NCBI GenBank assembly: GCA_035495655.1
Contig: DATJFM010000091.1
Coordinates: forward strand, 968-64,967
From: Steroidobacteraceae bacterium
Lineage (GTDB): Bacteria > Pseudomonadota > Gammaproteobacteria > Steroidobacterales > Steroidobacteraceae
Length of the DNA stretch: 64,000 nt
Reading direction: 5' to 3'
A program made the translations under genes and the position numbers. Below are positions 29,705 through 39,614 of this stretch, in pieces; position 1 is the first letter of the stretch; each line of letters begins with the position of its first letter. The notes beneath the pieces were generated by a model. The model had not been told where the DNA came from. It made no database searches and saw only the letters and a list, made by a program, of their open reading frames with translations.

Positions 29705-30742
29705 TCAGTAGCGCAGCGAGTAGGGCAGCTCCGGCATCTGCCGCGAGCGGATCTGCAGCTCGTGACGGTTGTAGTCGATCACGAGCACGTCGAACGATCC
29801 AAGCAGATCCATGCCGAGCGTCAACGTCGGCTCATTGGTGAGCTTCCAATGCTGGAAGAGGTACATGTCACCGAAGGTGATGCGCGCGCCCTTCACCTGC
29901 AGATTGCCGAAGTCGATGTCCGGGGCGAGCAGGTTGTCGCCGGTCTGCACATCGAGAGTGACCCCGATGATCTCTTCGGGCGCGGCGTTGCGGGGCGGTA
30001 CCCGCATGAGTGCATGGCGGAGCGCCAGGTTACCGATCGTTCCCTGCGCACCGGTATCGATGATCGCTTTGGCACGAACGCTGCCGACGCGAACGTTCGC
30101 GTACAGCAGTCCGCCGCTGGTCTGCGTGAGCGGCACGACGATGAAGTCATGCGGGGCACGCTCACCATGCGAGAGTGTGATCTCGAGGTGATCGTGTCTG
30201 AAGTCGGCATAGATGCGCTTGTTGGCGAGACCCTCGATGCCGAGCACGCCCTGCGCGCCGCCGAACACGTCCGAGAGCACCGGTAGATCGCTCGGTCCGA
30301 TGAGCAGGTCGCCCACCTCGAGGCTTCCCACGTGCAGTGTGGGCACGACCGCGGTGCCGGTGAAGCCGGTGACCTGCGTGTTGGAGACGGCGGGTGCTCC
30401 CCCGAGACTCCGGGCGGCGCGGGTGGTGATGGCCGAGCGGTTGGCGCCGGTATCGAGCACGAGCCGGTAAGGGCCCTTGCCATCGATCAGCACCGGAGCC
30501 CAGATCCGTCCGATGCGGTCACGGCGCGTCGGCGCCACATAACGTGGCTCCGTGGTCTGCACGATGACTTCTTCGAGCTGGTCCGCCGGACTAGGCAACG
30601 CCTGGGGGGGCGCGGCTGCCGCCGTGGGCGCCGGCGTAGCGGTCGCGGTCTCGGTAGCGGGAGTGGCTGTCGGCGGCGCTTGCTCGGCCGCCGCGGTCAC
30701 GCACAGCGCCGCCAGGGTAAGTCCCTGCATGCAGCGACGCAT
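29705..30742 (-). CDS. secreted tandem retropepsin-like aspartic protease (two DTG half-sites)
   Basis: ORF 29705..31456(-) trimmed to MRRCMQGLTLAALCVTAAAE (signal peptide). The upstream part of that ORF is antisense to cysD. Pro/Thr/Ala linker, then ..YRLVLDTGANRSAI.. and ..AKAIIDTGAQGTIG.., each followed by a ..G(V/T)LG(I/M)(E/D)(G/L)L.. flap-like segment. Confidence 0.75.
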   Translation of the reverse strand: MRRCMQGLTLAALCVTAAAEQAPPTATPATETATATPAPTAAAAPPQALPSPADQLEEVIVQTTEPRYVAPTRRDRIGRIWAPVLIDGKGPYRLVLDTGANRSAITTRAARSLGGAPAVSNTQVTGFTGTAVVPTLHVGSLEVGDLLIGPSDLPVLSDVFGGAQGVLGIEGLANKRIYADFRHDHLEITLSHGERAPHDFIVVPLTQTSGGLLYANVRVGSVRAKAIIDTGAQGTIGNLALRHALMRVPPRNAAPEEIIGVTLDVQTGDNLLAPDIDFGNLQVKGARITFGDMYLFQHWKLTNEPTLTLGMDLLGSFDVLVIDYNRHELQIRSRQMPELPYSLRY

Positions 30743-30946
30743 CAGCGCTTTAGCAGTCACATTTAACAGTAGACCACGCCCGCCGGGAGGTCTCCAGTTA
30801 CTTCGTCGCAGTTTCCCTGCCGCCGATCCCATCGGCATTGGGTTGGACCGCGAGCGAAGAGGCAAAGTTTCGACTTCCGGCATCCGAGGGGTGCGTTGAT
30901 GGTAACTTACACCAGATAAATCAAAGCCGTTCGGAGTATCCGCTGC

Positions 30947-31897
30947 ATGAATCGAGCCGTCCCGCAGAGCGAAGCCTCGCCGCCACAGGCATCCCCTGCA
31001 ACTCTCACCCACCTGCAACGGCTCGAGGCCGAGAGCATCCACGTCCTGCGTGAGGTAGTGGCCGAGTGTGAGCGGCCGGTGATGCTCTATTCGATCGGCA
31101 AGGACAGCTCGGTGATGCTGCACCTGGCGATGAAGGCCTTTTATCCGGCGGTGCCCCCGTTTCCACTGCTGCACGTCGACACCACCTGGAAGTTCCGCGC
31201 CATGTACGAGTTCCGGGATGCCACGGCGAAGCGGCTCGGCGTGCAGCTGCTGGTACACGTGAACCAGGAGGGACTGCGGCTCGGCATCGGCCCCTTCACG
31301 CACGGCTCGCAGGTGCACACCGATGTGATGAAGACTCAGTCGCTCCGACAGGCGCTCGACCAGTACGGTTTCGATGCCGCCTTCGGCGGAGCGCGCCGGG
31401 ACGAGGAAAAAAGCCGCGCCAAGGAGCGCATTTTCTCCTTTCGCAGCGCCCAGCACCGCTGGGACCCGAAGCAGCAGCGCCCGGAGCTGTGGACGCTCTA
31501 CAACGCGCGCAAGCGTCCGGGCGAGAGCCTGCGCGTATTCCCGCTGTCGAACTGGACCGAGCTCGATGTGTGGCAGTACATCTGGCTCGAGCAGATCCCG
31601 ATCGTGCCGCTGTACTTCGCCGCCGAGCGGCCGGTGGTCGAGCGCGACGGCTCCCTCATCATGGTGGACGATGAGCGCATGCCTCTGCGACCGGATGAGC
31701 GGCCACAGATGCGCAAGGTGCGCTTTCGTACCCTCGGTTGCTATCCGCTCACCGGCGCCATCGAGAGCGAGGCCGACACGCTACCCGCCATCATCCAGGA
31801 GATGCTGCTGACGCGCACCTCCGAGCGTCAAGGCCGGGTGATCGACCACGACGCTGCCGCCTCAATGGAACGCAAGAAGCAGGAAGGGTATTTCTGA
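30947..31897 (+). CDS. cysD: sulfate adenylyltransferase subunit 2
   Basis: 316 aa; ..[35 protein letters not shown].. PAPS-reductase-like PP-loop; C-terminal ..RKKQEGYF. Confidence 0.95.
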   Translation: MNRAVPQSEASPPQASPATLTHLQRLEAESIHVLREVVAECERPVMLYSIGKDSSVMLHLAMKAFYPAVPPFPLLHVDTTWKFRAMYEFRDATAKRLGVQLLVHVNQEGLRLGIGPFTHGSQVHTDVMKTQSLRQALDQYGFDAAFGGARRDEEKSRAKERIFSFRSAQHRWDPKQQRPELWTLYNARKRPGESLRVFPLSNWTELDVWQYIWLEQIPIVPLYFAAERPVVERDGSLIMVDDERMPLRPDERPQMRKVRFRTLGCYPLTGAIESEADTLPAIIQEMLLTRTSERQGRVIDHDAAASMERKKQEGYF

Positions 31898-33804
31898 TGG
31901 CTCACCAGTCGGAGCTCATCGCACGGGACATCGGCGCCTATCTGCACGCGCAGGAGCACAAGAGCCTGCTGCGCTTCATCACCTGCGGCTCGGTGGACGA
32001 TGGCAAGTCAACGCTCATCGGCCGGCTGCTGTATGAGTCGAAGCTGATCTTCGATGACCAGTTGACGCAGCTCGCCGCAGACTCCAGGCGCGTCGGCACG
32101 CGCGGCGGCGAGCTCGATTTCGCGCTGCTGGTCGATGGGCTCGCAGCCGAGCGCGAACAGGGCATTACCATCGATGTCGCTTACCGCTTCTTCTCGACCG
32201 AGCGGCGCAAATTCATCGTCGCCGACACACCCGGGCACGAGCAGTACACACGCAACATGGTGACCGGTGCATCCACCGCGGATCTGGCGGTGATCCTGGT
32301 CGATGCGCGCAAGGGCGTGCTCGTCCAGACACGCCGCCACAGCTATCTCGTGCACCTCATCGGCATACCGCGCGTCGTGCTCGCGGTCAACAAGATGGAC
32401 CTGGTCGGCTATTCCGCCGCCACCTTCGAGGAGATCGTGGCGCAGTACCGCGAGTTCGCCGGGCGGCTCGGCCTCGCCGACATCACGGCCATTCCGCTCT
32501 CCGCGGTGCACGGCGACAACGTCATCACACGCAGCAGCAACATGCCCTGGTACGCAGGTCCAACCCTGCTCGGGCACCTGGAGACCGTCGAGGTCGATGC
32601 GGCGCTCGCCGGCCGGCCGTTCCGGCTGCCGGTGCAGTGGGTCAACCGCCCGAACGCCGAGTTCCGTGGTTTCGCCGGACTCATCGCCGACGGTACCGTG
32701 CACCGTGGCGATCGCTTGCGGGTGCTGCCCTCGGGCCGCGAGAGCCGCGTCGCACGCATCGTCACCGCGGAGGGCGATCTCGAAGCGGCGACCGCAGGCC
32801 AATCGGTGACTCTCACGCTCGATGCGGAGATCGACATCAGCCGCGGCGATGTCCTCGCCGCCGCCGACGCTCCGCCGCAGGTAGCGGATCAGTTCGAAGC
32901 GACCATCGTGTGGTTGCAGGAGGAGCCCATGCTCCAGGGCCGCGCGTACCTGATGAAGGCGGGCACGCGCACGCTGTCGGCGACCGTGACGCCGCTCAAG
33001 CATCGCGTCAATGTCAACACGCTCGAGCACGAGCCGGCCGAACGGCTCGAGCTCAACGATATCGGCGTGTGCGAGCTCGAGCTCGATCGTCCCGTCCCGT
33101 TCGAAGCCTACAACGACAGTCGCGCCCTCGGCGGCTTCATTCTGATCGATCGGCTGACCAACAACACCGCCGGCGCAGGCCTCATCAACTTCGCACTGCG
33201 GCGCTCGCAGAACGTGCACTGGCAGGCGCTCGATGTCGACAAGCAGCTGCGCGCGCGGCTCAAGGGACAGAAATCCTGCGTACTGTGGCTCACCGGACTT
33301 TCCGGCGCCGGCAAGTCGACCATCGCCAATCGCGTCGAGAAGCGCCTGGCGGCCGCCGGGCGGCACACCTACCTCCTCGATGGCGACAACGTACGCCATG
33401 GACTCAACAAGGACCTCGGCTTTACCGCGCAGGATCGCGTCGAGAACATCCGCCGGGTCGCGGAGGTTGCGCGGCTCATGGTCGATGCGGGACTCATCGT
33501 GCTGGTATCCTTCATCTCACCGTTCCGCTCGGAGCGACGCATGGCGCGCGAGCTCTTCCCCGCCGGAGAGTTCCTGGAAGTGTTCGTCGATACCCCACTC
33601 GCCGAGGCCGAACGGCGCGACGTCAAGGGCCTCTACCGCAAGGCGCGCCGCGGTGAGCTCAAGAATTTCACCGGCATCGATTCGCCTTACGAGCGTCCGG
33701 AGAATCCCGAGATCCGTATCGACACCACCGCCCTCAGCGCCGATCAGGCTGCGGCGCGCGTCATCGCCCATCTCGAAGCGCTCAAGGTGATCGGCAGCGC
33801 ATGA
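31897..33804 (+). CDS. cysNC: bifunctional sulfate adenylyltransferase subunit 1 / adenylylsulfate kinase
   Basis: In ORF 31738..33804. ATG 31897 overlaps the cysD TGA. GTPase motifs [18 protein letters not shown]; C-terminal APS-kinase P-loop ..[15 protein letters not shown].. Confidence 0.95.
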   Translation: MAHQSELIARDIGAYLHAQEHKSLLRFITCGSVDDGKSTLIGRLLYESKLIFDDQLTQLAADSRRVGTRGGELDFALLVDGLAAEREQGITIDVAYRFFSTERRKFIVADTPGHEQYTRNMVTGASTADLAVILVDARKGVLVQTRRHSYLVHLIGIPRVVLAVNKMDLVGYSAATFEEIVAQYREFAGRLGLADITAIPLSAVHGDNVITRSSNMPWYAGPTLLGHLETVEVDAALAGRPFRLPVQWVNRPNAEFRGFAGLIADGTVHRGDRLRVLPSGRESRVARIVTAEGDLEAATAGQSVTLTLDAEIDISRGDVLAAADAPPQVADQFEATIVWLQEEPMLQGRAYLMKAGTRTLSATVTPLKHRVNVNTLEHEPAERLELNDIGVCELELDRPVPFEAYNDSRALGGFILIDRLTNNTAGAGLINFALRRSQNVHWQALDVDKQLRARLKGQKSCVLWLTGLSGAGKSTIANRVEKRLAAAGRHTYLLDGDNVRHGLNKDLGFTAQDRVENIRRVAEVARLMVDAGLIVLVSFISPFRSERRMARELFPAGEFLEVFVDTPLAEAERRDVKGLYRKARRGELKNFTGIDSPYERPENPEIRIDTTALSADQAAARVIAHLEALKVIGSA

Positions 33805-34604
33805 GTGCCGAGCTTCGCGGCCTGCTCGAGCGCAGCACCATGATTGCGCGCGCGGCGGGACGGGAGATCCTCGAGGTCTACGGCGCAGGGGCGCTCGCGG
33901 CGACTGCCAAGGCCGATAACTCGCCGCTCACCGCTGCCGACCTGCGTGCGCACCGGCTGATCGTGGAGGAGCTCGGAAGCCTCACGCCCGACCTGCCGGT
34001 GCTGTCGGAGGAGTCCGCGCGGGTCCCTTTCCCGGTGCGCAGCCAGTGGCAGCGCTACTGGCTCGTTGATCCGCTCGATGGCACGCGTGAGTTCTTGTCG
34101 CGCAACGGCGAGTTCACCGTGAACATCGCGCTGATCGAGGACCATTCACCGGTGCTCGGTGTCGTGCACGTGCCGGTCGCGGACACGACCTACCGCGGTG
34201 TGCCCGGTATGGGGGCCTGGCGGCAGAAGGGCGCCGAGCCCGAGGCGTCGATCCGCGTGGCGGCGCGCTCGGGCATGCCGGTGCGGATAGTCGGCAGCCG
34301 CTCGCATCGCGGCGATTCGCTCGATGCGTTTCTCGAGCGCGTCGGCCCGCATGCGCTGCTCGCGATCGGCAGCTCGCTGAAATTCTGCCTGGTCGCCGAA
34401 GGCGCGGCCGATGTCTATCCGCGCCTCGGCCCGACGAGCGAGTGGGACATCGCGGCCGCGCATGCGGTGCTGCTGGCCGCAGGCGGAACGCTGCGCGCAC
34501 TCGATGGCGCGCCGCTCGCCTATAATCGCCGCGAGGGGCTCCTCAATCCGTTCTTCGTGGCTTTCGGTCCCGATGACCATGACTGGCTCGCGCTGCTGCG
34601 CTGA
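33801..34604 (+). CDS. cysQ: 3'(2'),5'-bisphosphate nucleotidase
   Basis: 267 aa; ..[17 protein letters not shown].. and ..[10 protein letters not shown].. inositol-monophosphatase-family motifs; ATGA overlap with cysNC. Confidence 0.9.
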   Translation: MSAELRGLLERSTMIARAAGREILEVYGAGALAATAKADNSPLTAADLRAHRLIVEELGSLTPDLPVLSEESARVPFPVRSQWQRYWLVDPLDGTREFLSRNGEFTVNIALIEDHSPVLGVVHVPVADTTYRGVPGMGAWRQKGAEPEASIRVAARSGMPVRIVGSRSHRGDSLDAFLERVGPHALLAIGSSLKFCLVAEGAADVYPRLGPTSEWDIAAAHAVLLAAGGTLRALDGAPLAYNRREGLLNPFFVAFGPDDHDWLALLR

Positions 34605-34660
34605 GCGCGCGGCCGTGCCATGCTCAGGGGCACGCAGCGCCATTCCGCCTGGAGCTCACC

Positions 34661-35863
34661 ATGCGTGAAGCCGTGATCGTCTCCACCGCGCGCACCCCGA
34701 TCGGCAAGGCTTATCGCGGCGCGTTCAACGACACCGATCCCGCGGTGCTCTCGGGTCACGTCGTGCGTGAGGCCGTGCGCCGCGCAGGCATCGATGGCGC
34801 CGAAGCCGAGGATCTGGTGCTCGGCTGCGCCATCCAGCAGGGCGCCCAGGGGTACAACATCGGACGGCTCACCGTCGCGAGCGCAGGTCTTCCCGAAAGC
34901 GTCGCCGGGATGACCATCGACCGCAAGTGCGCCTCGGGTCTCATGGCGATCGCGACCGCGGCACGGCAGGTGGTCGAGGACGGCATGGAGGTCGTGATCG
35001 CGGGCGGTGTGGAGTCGATCAGCCTCACGCAGAACAAGCACTTCAACAACTTCCGCGGCGAGTCGGAGGCCGTGCTGGCGCGCTCTCCGCACATGTACAT
35101 GCCCATGATCGAGACCGCGGAAGTGGTCGCGCGACGCTATGGCATCAGCCGCGAAAGCCAGGATCGTTATGCGCTGCAGAGCCAACAGCGCGTTGCCGCC
35201 GCTTACCAGGCGGGCCGCTTTGATGCCGAAATCGTGCCGCTCGCGAGCCGCAAGCTGATCATCGACAAGGAAAGCGGCGCGACCCACGCGCAGCAGGTGC
35301 TGCTGCAGCGGGACGAGGGTTATCGGCCGGACACGACGCTCGAGGGCCTTGCGAAACTCGAGCCGGTGTGGTCGCAAGGCAAGGCGATCGCGCGCAGCGA
35401 ATTCATCACCGCGGGCAACGCCTCACAGCTCTCCGATGGCGCGAGCGCCGTGGTGATCATGGAAGCGCGGCGCGCCGAGCGGCGCGGACTCGAGCCACTC
35501 GGCGCCTGCCGCGGCATCGCGGTCGCCGGCTGTGCGCCGGATGAGATGGGCATCGGGCCGGTGTTCGCGGTGCCGAGGCTGCTCGAGCGTCATCGGCTGC
35601 GGATCGATGACATCGGCCTGTGGGAGCTGAACGAGGCCTTTGCGGTGCAGGCCATGTACTGCCGCGACCGCCTCGGAATCGAGAACGACAGGCTCAATGT
35701 CGATGGCGGCGCAATTGCCATCGGCCATCCTTACGGCATGAGCGGTGCGCGGCTCGTCGGCCATGCGCTCATCGAAGGGCGGCGCCGCCGCGTGCGGCAT
35801 GTGGTCGTCACCATGTGCGTCGCGGGCGGCATGGGCGCGGCGGGGCTGTTCGAGGTGCTCTGA
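34661..35863 (+). CDS. acetyl-CoA C-acyltransferase (thiolase)
   Basis: 400 aa; ..[11 protein letters not shown].. (active Cys), ..NEAFAVQ.., ..[20 protein letters not shown].., ..[14 protein letters not shown]. Confidence 0.93.
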   Translation: MREAVIVSTARTPIGKAYRGAFNDTDPAVLSGHVVREAVRRAGIDGAEAEDLVLGCAIQQGAQGYNIGRLTVASAGLPESVAGMTIDRKCASGLMAIATAARQVVEDGMEVVIAGGVESISLTQNKHFNNFRGESEAVLARSPHMYMPMIETAEVVARRYGISRESQDRYALQSQQRVAAAYQAGRFDAEIVPLASRKLIIDKESGATHAQQVLLQRDEGYRPDTTLEGLAKLEPVWSQGKAIARSEFITAGNASQLSDGASAVVIMEARRAERRGLEPLGACRGIAVAGCAPDEMGIGPVFAVPRLLERHRLRIDDIGLWELNEAFAVQAMYCRDRLGIENDRLNVDGGAIAIGHPYGMSGARLVGHALIEGRRRRVRHVVVTMCVAGGMGAAGLFEVL

Positions 35864-35910
35864 CCCGCGCGACGCTTGAAAATAACGGACCAGCCCGTAG
35901 GATCGTCAGC

Positions 35911-36447
35911 TTGAGCACAGCTTTCTCACAGCGCGAGCTGCGCGACGCCTTCGGCCTGTTTGCTACGGGCGTGACGGTGGTGACGGCGGTGAGACCGGAC
36001 GGGACGCCCGTCGGTGTGACGGCCAACTCCTTCAGCTCGGTATCGCTCGAGCCGCCACTGCTGCTGTGGTGTCTGGCAAGCGGCAGTAGCGCCGTACCGG
36101 CCTTTACGCACAATGCCGCCTTTGCGGTGCACATCCTCGCTCATCACCAGCTGGATCTCGCGCTGAGTTTCGCGCGGCGCACGCACGAGAAGTTCGAGGT
36201 CGACCGTCACTGGCGCAACCGGCCGCACCCGCCGCACATCGACGATGCGCTGTGCCGGTTCGACAGCAAGGTCCACGCGGTGCACGACGGCGGCGATCAC
36301 CTCATCATCGTCGGGGAAGTGATTGGTATCGCCTGCGCTCCCGGGACCCCGCTCGCGTTTCACGCCGGCCGCTTCGGCAACTTCAGCGCCGATCGGGGCA
36401 TCGGTAAGGTCGATATCTGGGAGGGTGTGGAGGATCACTGGTACTGA
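35911..36447 (+). CDS. flavin reductase family protein (HpaC-like)
   Basis: In ORF 35620..36447. A TTG start at 35911 is assumed (uncertain). ..FGLFATGVTVVTA..GVTANSFSSVSLEPPLLLWCL.. Confidence 0.78.
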   Translation: MSTAFSQRELRDAFGLFATGVTVVTAVRPDGTPVGVTANSFSSVSLEPPLLLWCLASGSSAVPAFTHNAAFAVHILAHHQLDLALSFARRTHEKFEVDRHWRNRPHPPHIDDALCRFDSKVHAVHDGGDHLIIVGEVIGIACAPGTPLAFHAGRFGNFSADRGIGKVDIWEGVEDHWY

Positions 36448-36480
36448 TCGCGGTGCCGAACCGCAACGGGGAGTGCGGGC

Positions 36481-37641
36481 GTGCAGTTTGTCCATTCTGA
36501 AGAACAGCAACAGATCCGCGCGAGCGCGCGCACTCTGCTGAGTGCACGCGCCGGTCCTGCGCAGCTGCGTGACACGCTGCGCGCCCCGGGCGGTTACGAC
36601 GCGCAGCTCTGGCGCACGCTCGGTGAGCTCGGCTGGACGGGACTCGCGATCCCACAGGAGTACGGTGGTGCCGGGCTTGGATGGGTGGAGCTCTGTCTGT
36701 TGCAGGAAGAACAGGGGCGGCGCCTCGTTGCGTCGCCTTTCTTCGCCACCAGTGCGCTCGCCGCGCCGCTCATCGTCGCATGTGCCGATACAGCCCAGCG
36801 GCGCACATTGCTGCCGCGCATCGCGAGCGGTGAGCTGCGCATCGCCTGCGCGCTCTGCGGCACCGCCGGGCGCCCGCCGCCCGATGGCATCAGCGTATCG
36901 CTCGCCGGCGGCGGGGAGGGCTTCACGCTGAACGGTGTCGCCGATTTCGTGATTCACGGCGACGCGGCGGATGTGCTCCTGGTGCTCGCGCGCTCAGCGC
37001 CATCCCACGGGGCGGACGGCCTCAGCGTCGCCGCGATCCCGGCGGCCACCGCCGGTGTCAGCATCCACCCGCAGGTGATGCTCGACCTGACGCGACCGAT
37101 GTCGCGCGTCGAATTTCACGATGTGAGCATCCGCTGCGAGCAGCTGCTCGGTGAGCCCGGAGCTGCAGGCGGCTCTCTCGAGCAGGCGCTCGATCTGGCA
37201 CGTATCGCGCTCGCTTCCGAGGCGCTCGGCGGTGCGGAGCAGGTGCTCGAGATGACGACCGCCTACCTCAAGGAGCGCACTCAGTTCGGCCGCCCGATCG
37301 GCAGCTTCCAGGCGCTCAAACACCGTCTCGCCGATATGATGATCGAGGTCGAGGCGGCCAAATCCGCCGCCTGGTACGCAGCTTGTGTGGCCGACGAGCG
37401 GCCCGAGGAGCTCGCAGAAGCGGCTGCCATAGCCAAGAGCTACTGCTGCGATGCCTTCTTCGACTGCGCCGCCAATGCGATTCAGTTGCACGGCGGCGTA
37501 GGCTTCACCTGGGAACACGAGGCGCATCTTTATTTCAAACGTGCGCGCGCGACGGCGACGCTGCTCGGCAGTCCCGCCTGGCAGCGCGAGCGCCTGGTGA
37601 GGCGTGTTGCTTCCGGCAAGTCGTCCACACCGATTTATTGA
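36481..37641 (+). CDS. acyl-CoA dehydrogenase-family protein, apparently degenerate at the FAD/catalytic motifs
   Basis: 386 aa; ACAD fold evident (..FGRPIGSFQALKHRLADM..QLHGGVGFTWEH..). It lacks the (S/T)EPxxGSD motif (reads ..CALCGTAGRPPPDG..) and the C-terminal IYEGT-type segment. Confidence 0.85.
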   Translation: MQFVHSEEQQQIRASARTLLSARAGPAQLRDTLRAPGGYDAQLWRTLGELGWTGLAIPQEYGGAGLGWVELCLLQEEQGRRLVASPFFATSALAAPLIVACADTAQRRTLLPRIASGELRIACALCGTAGRPPPDGISVSLAGGGEGFTLNGVADFVIHGDAADVLLVLARSAPSHGADGLSVAAIPAATAGVSIHPQVMLDLTRPMSRVEFHDVSIRCEQLLGEPGAAGGSLEQALDLARIALASEALGGAEQVLEMTTAYLKERTQFGRPIGSFQALKHRLADMMIEVEAAKSAAWYAACVADERPEELAEAAAIAKSYCCDAFFDCAANAIQLHGGVGFTWEHEAHLYFKRARATATLLGSPAWQRERLVRRVASGKSSTPIY

Positions 37642-37677
37642 GGCACTGGCAAGCGCAGCCTGCCCGGAGGCCAGCGG

Positions 37678-38865
37678 ATGAAGTTAGGATTTACGCCGCA
37701 GGAAGAGCGTTTTCGCGCCGAGGCCGCCGCCTGGCTCGAAGGGCAGCTGTCAGGTCCTTTCCGCGATATGCGTGGGCTCACCTCGCAGGGCGGATACCCG
37801 CAACGGCGGCGCGATTGGGAGCGCGCGCTCGGCGCGGCTCGCTGGAGCTGTATCGGCTGGCCGGAAGCGTATGGCGGGCGCGATGCCTCGCTAGCCGAGC
37901 AGGTGATCTTCGCCGAGGAATGCGCACGCGCGGGTGCGCCAGGCCGGCTCGGGTACATGGGGGTGGAGCTGGCCGGACCCACCATTCTCGCGTTCGGCAC
38001 CGACGCGCAGAAGCGCCGCTTCCTGCCATCCATCGCCCGGGGTGAGGAGCTCTGGTGTCAGGGCTACAGCGAGCCGAATGCCGGTTCGGATCTGGCCGGT
38101 GTACGCACCCGTGCCGTTCTGGAGGAAGGCCCCGGAGGTCGCCAGTGGGTGGTCAACGGGCAGAAGACCTGGACCTCCTTCGCGCAGTACGCGGATTGGT
38201 CGTTTGTACTCTGCCGCACCGAGGAGGGCGCGCGCGGCCACCGGGGCCTTTCCTACCTCCTCATCCCGATGCATCAGCCTGGCGTCACGGTACGCCCGAT
38301 ACGGCAGATGACCGGGAGCGCGGACTTCAACGACACCTTCTTCGTCGATGCTCGTACCGATGCCGACAACGTCGTCGGCGCTGTGGGTGATGGCTGGAAG
38401 GTGGCGATGGCCACGCTCTCCTTCGAACGTGGTGTATCGACGCTTGCACAGCAGATGAGCTTCGCGAACGAGCTGCGCGCGATCGTATCCGCCGCTGAGG
38501 CCAACGGGCTCATTCAGGACCCGCAGATCCGCCAGCGTGTCGCGCACGCATACATCGGCCTGCGCCTCATGCGTTACAGCGCGCTGCGCATGCTCGCGAG
38601 CGCGGAAGCCGGCAAGCTCTCGAACGAGGCCTACACCTACAAGATCTTCTGGGCCACCTGGCGCAAGAAGCTCGGTGTGCTGGCGCTCGATGTACTCGGA
38701 CCCCGCGGTGAGATTGCCGCCGGCGCGAGCTATGAATGGGAGCTGCTGCCGCGGCTATTCCTCGGCTCGCGCGCGGACACGATCTACGGCGGTACGAGCC
38801 AGATTCAGCGCAACATCATCGCCGAGCGCGCGCTCGGGCTGCCGCGCGAGAGCCGCTCGCCATAA
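37678..38865 (+). CDS. acyl-CoA dehydrogenase-family protein (intact FAD motif)
   Basis: 395 aa; ..WCQGYSEPNAGSDLAG..NGQKTWTS..; ..LSFERG..; C-terminal ..IYGGTSQIQRNIIAE.. Confidence 0.9.
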   Translation: MKLGFTPQEERFRAEAAAWLEGQLSGPFRDMRGLTSQGGYPQRRRDWERALGAARWSCIGWPEAYGGRDASLAEQVIFAEECARAGAPGRLGYMGVELAGPTILAFGTDAQKRRFLPSIARGEELWCQGYSEPNAGSDLAGVRTRAVLEEGPGGRQWVVNGQKTWTSFAQYADWSFVLCRTEEGARGHRGLSYLLIPMHQPGVTVRPIRQMTGSADFNDTFFVDARTDADNVVGAVGDGWKVAMATLSFERGVSTLAQQMSFANELRAIVSAAEANGLIQDPQIRQRVAHAYIGLRLMRYSALRMLASAEAGKLSNEAYTYKIFWATWRKKLGVLALDVLGPRGEIAAGASYEWELLPRLFLGSRADTIYGGTSQIQRNIIAERALGLPRESRSP

Positions 38866-39042
38866 AGGGTGTAGGCGGAGGCCGCTATGCGCAGGCTGGT
38901 GCGCGCAGGCCGGCCGCGGAGGTCAGTGCCGGCAGGGGCGTTGGTGTGAGGAAGTGTCTTTGTGAACAGTTAACCTTTGGTTCACTGTTCCTCAAAGGGT
39001 TGTTGATCGCGCGCCCGTCGGCATGCGCGCGCCGCCAAACTC

Positions 39043-39474
39043 TCAGAATTTGAAGGTCGAGAGCAGCAGGCTCGTCTCCGTCTGCGAGATCCCCTCGATG
39101 AGCCGGATGCGTGCCAGGACCCGATCGAAGCTCTCCAGGGTGTCGGCCCGCAGCTCCGCCACGATGTCCCAACGGCCGTTGGTGCTGTAGAGCGCCGTCA
39201 CCGCCGGCTCCCCCCGCAGCGCCTTGATGACTGCATCCAGCTGGTTGCCTTCGACCGCGCCCGTCATGAAGGCGCGGATACGCTGCTCCTCGACGTCCGG
39301 TTTCAGGCGCACCGTGTAGCCGACGACCGTTCCATTGGCGGCAAGGCGCGCCATGCGGTTCTGCACGGTCCCGCGCGAGACCCCGAGCGTCTTTGCGAGC
39401 GAGGCCACCGAGGCGCGGGCATCGTTACGTAAGAGGCCGATCAACTGGCGGTCGATGTCATCCATGGTGATCAT
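39043..39474 (-). CDS. Lrp/AsnC-family transcriptional regulator
   Basis: ORF 39043..39504(-). ATG 39474 (MITMDDIDRQLIGLLRNDARASVASLAKTLGVSRGTVQNRMARL..) is preferred; alternatives at 39465 and GTG 39504. HTH plus C-terminal RAM/AsnC_trans_reg-like domain. Confidence 0.88.
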   Translation of the reverse strand: MITMDDIDRQLIGLLRNDARASVASLAKTLGVSRGTVQNRMARLAANGTVVGYTVRLKPDVEEQRIRAFMTGAVEGNQLDAVIKALRGEPAVTALYSTNGRWDIVAELRADTLESFDRVLARIRLIEGISQTETSLLLSTFKF

Positions 39475-39499
39475 TCTGCCACTTTTGACTGGCAGAATG
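39472..39499. promoter_or_regulatory. perfect 10-bp inverted repeat CATTCTGCCA-N8-TGGCAGAATG overlapping the Lrp-family start codon, in the divergent regulator/ocd control region
   Basis: Read directly from the sequence. An AT-rich tract (..CTTTCTATCTATATTTTGG..) follows towards ocd. Confidence 0.5.
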
Positions 39500-39614
39500 C
39501 TCACCAGGATGCGCTATTGTGGCAACTTTCTATCTATATTTTGGTTGAGACAGAGCCCAGGATAGCTCCAAGCCCCGCGGTGTCCCGCCGCCGGCGGCTA
39601 CCGGAGCCACGCAT

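Noticed and set aside
30743-31456. N-terminal 238-aa extension of the retropepsin ORF (29705..31456, minus strand)
   Set aside because: The extension is antisense to the strongly supported cysD gene and the intergenic region. The signal peptide begins at the internal Met at 30742.
38940-39042. AT-richer spacer with nested inverted repeats (GTGAAC...GTTCAC, CCTTTG...CAAAGG) between the convergent ACAD and Lrp genes
   Set aside because: The stems are short (6 bp), with no U-run on either strand. It may serve as a weak bidirectional terminator, but there is too little support to annotate it.
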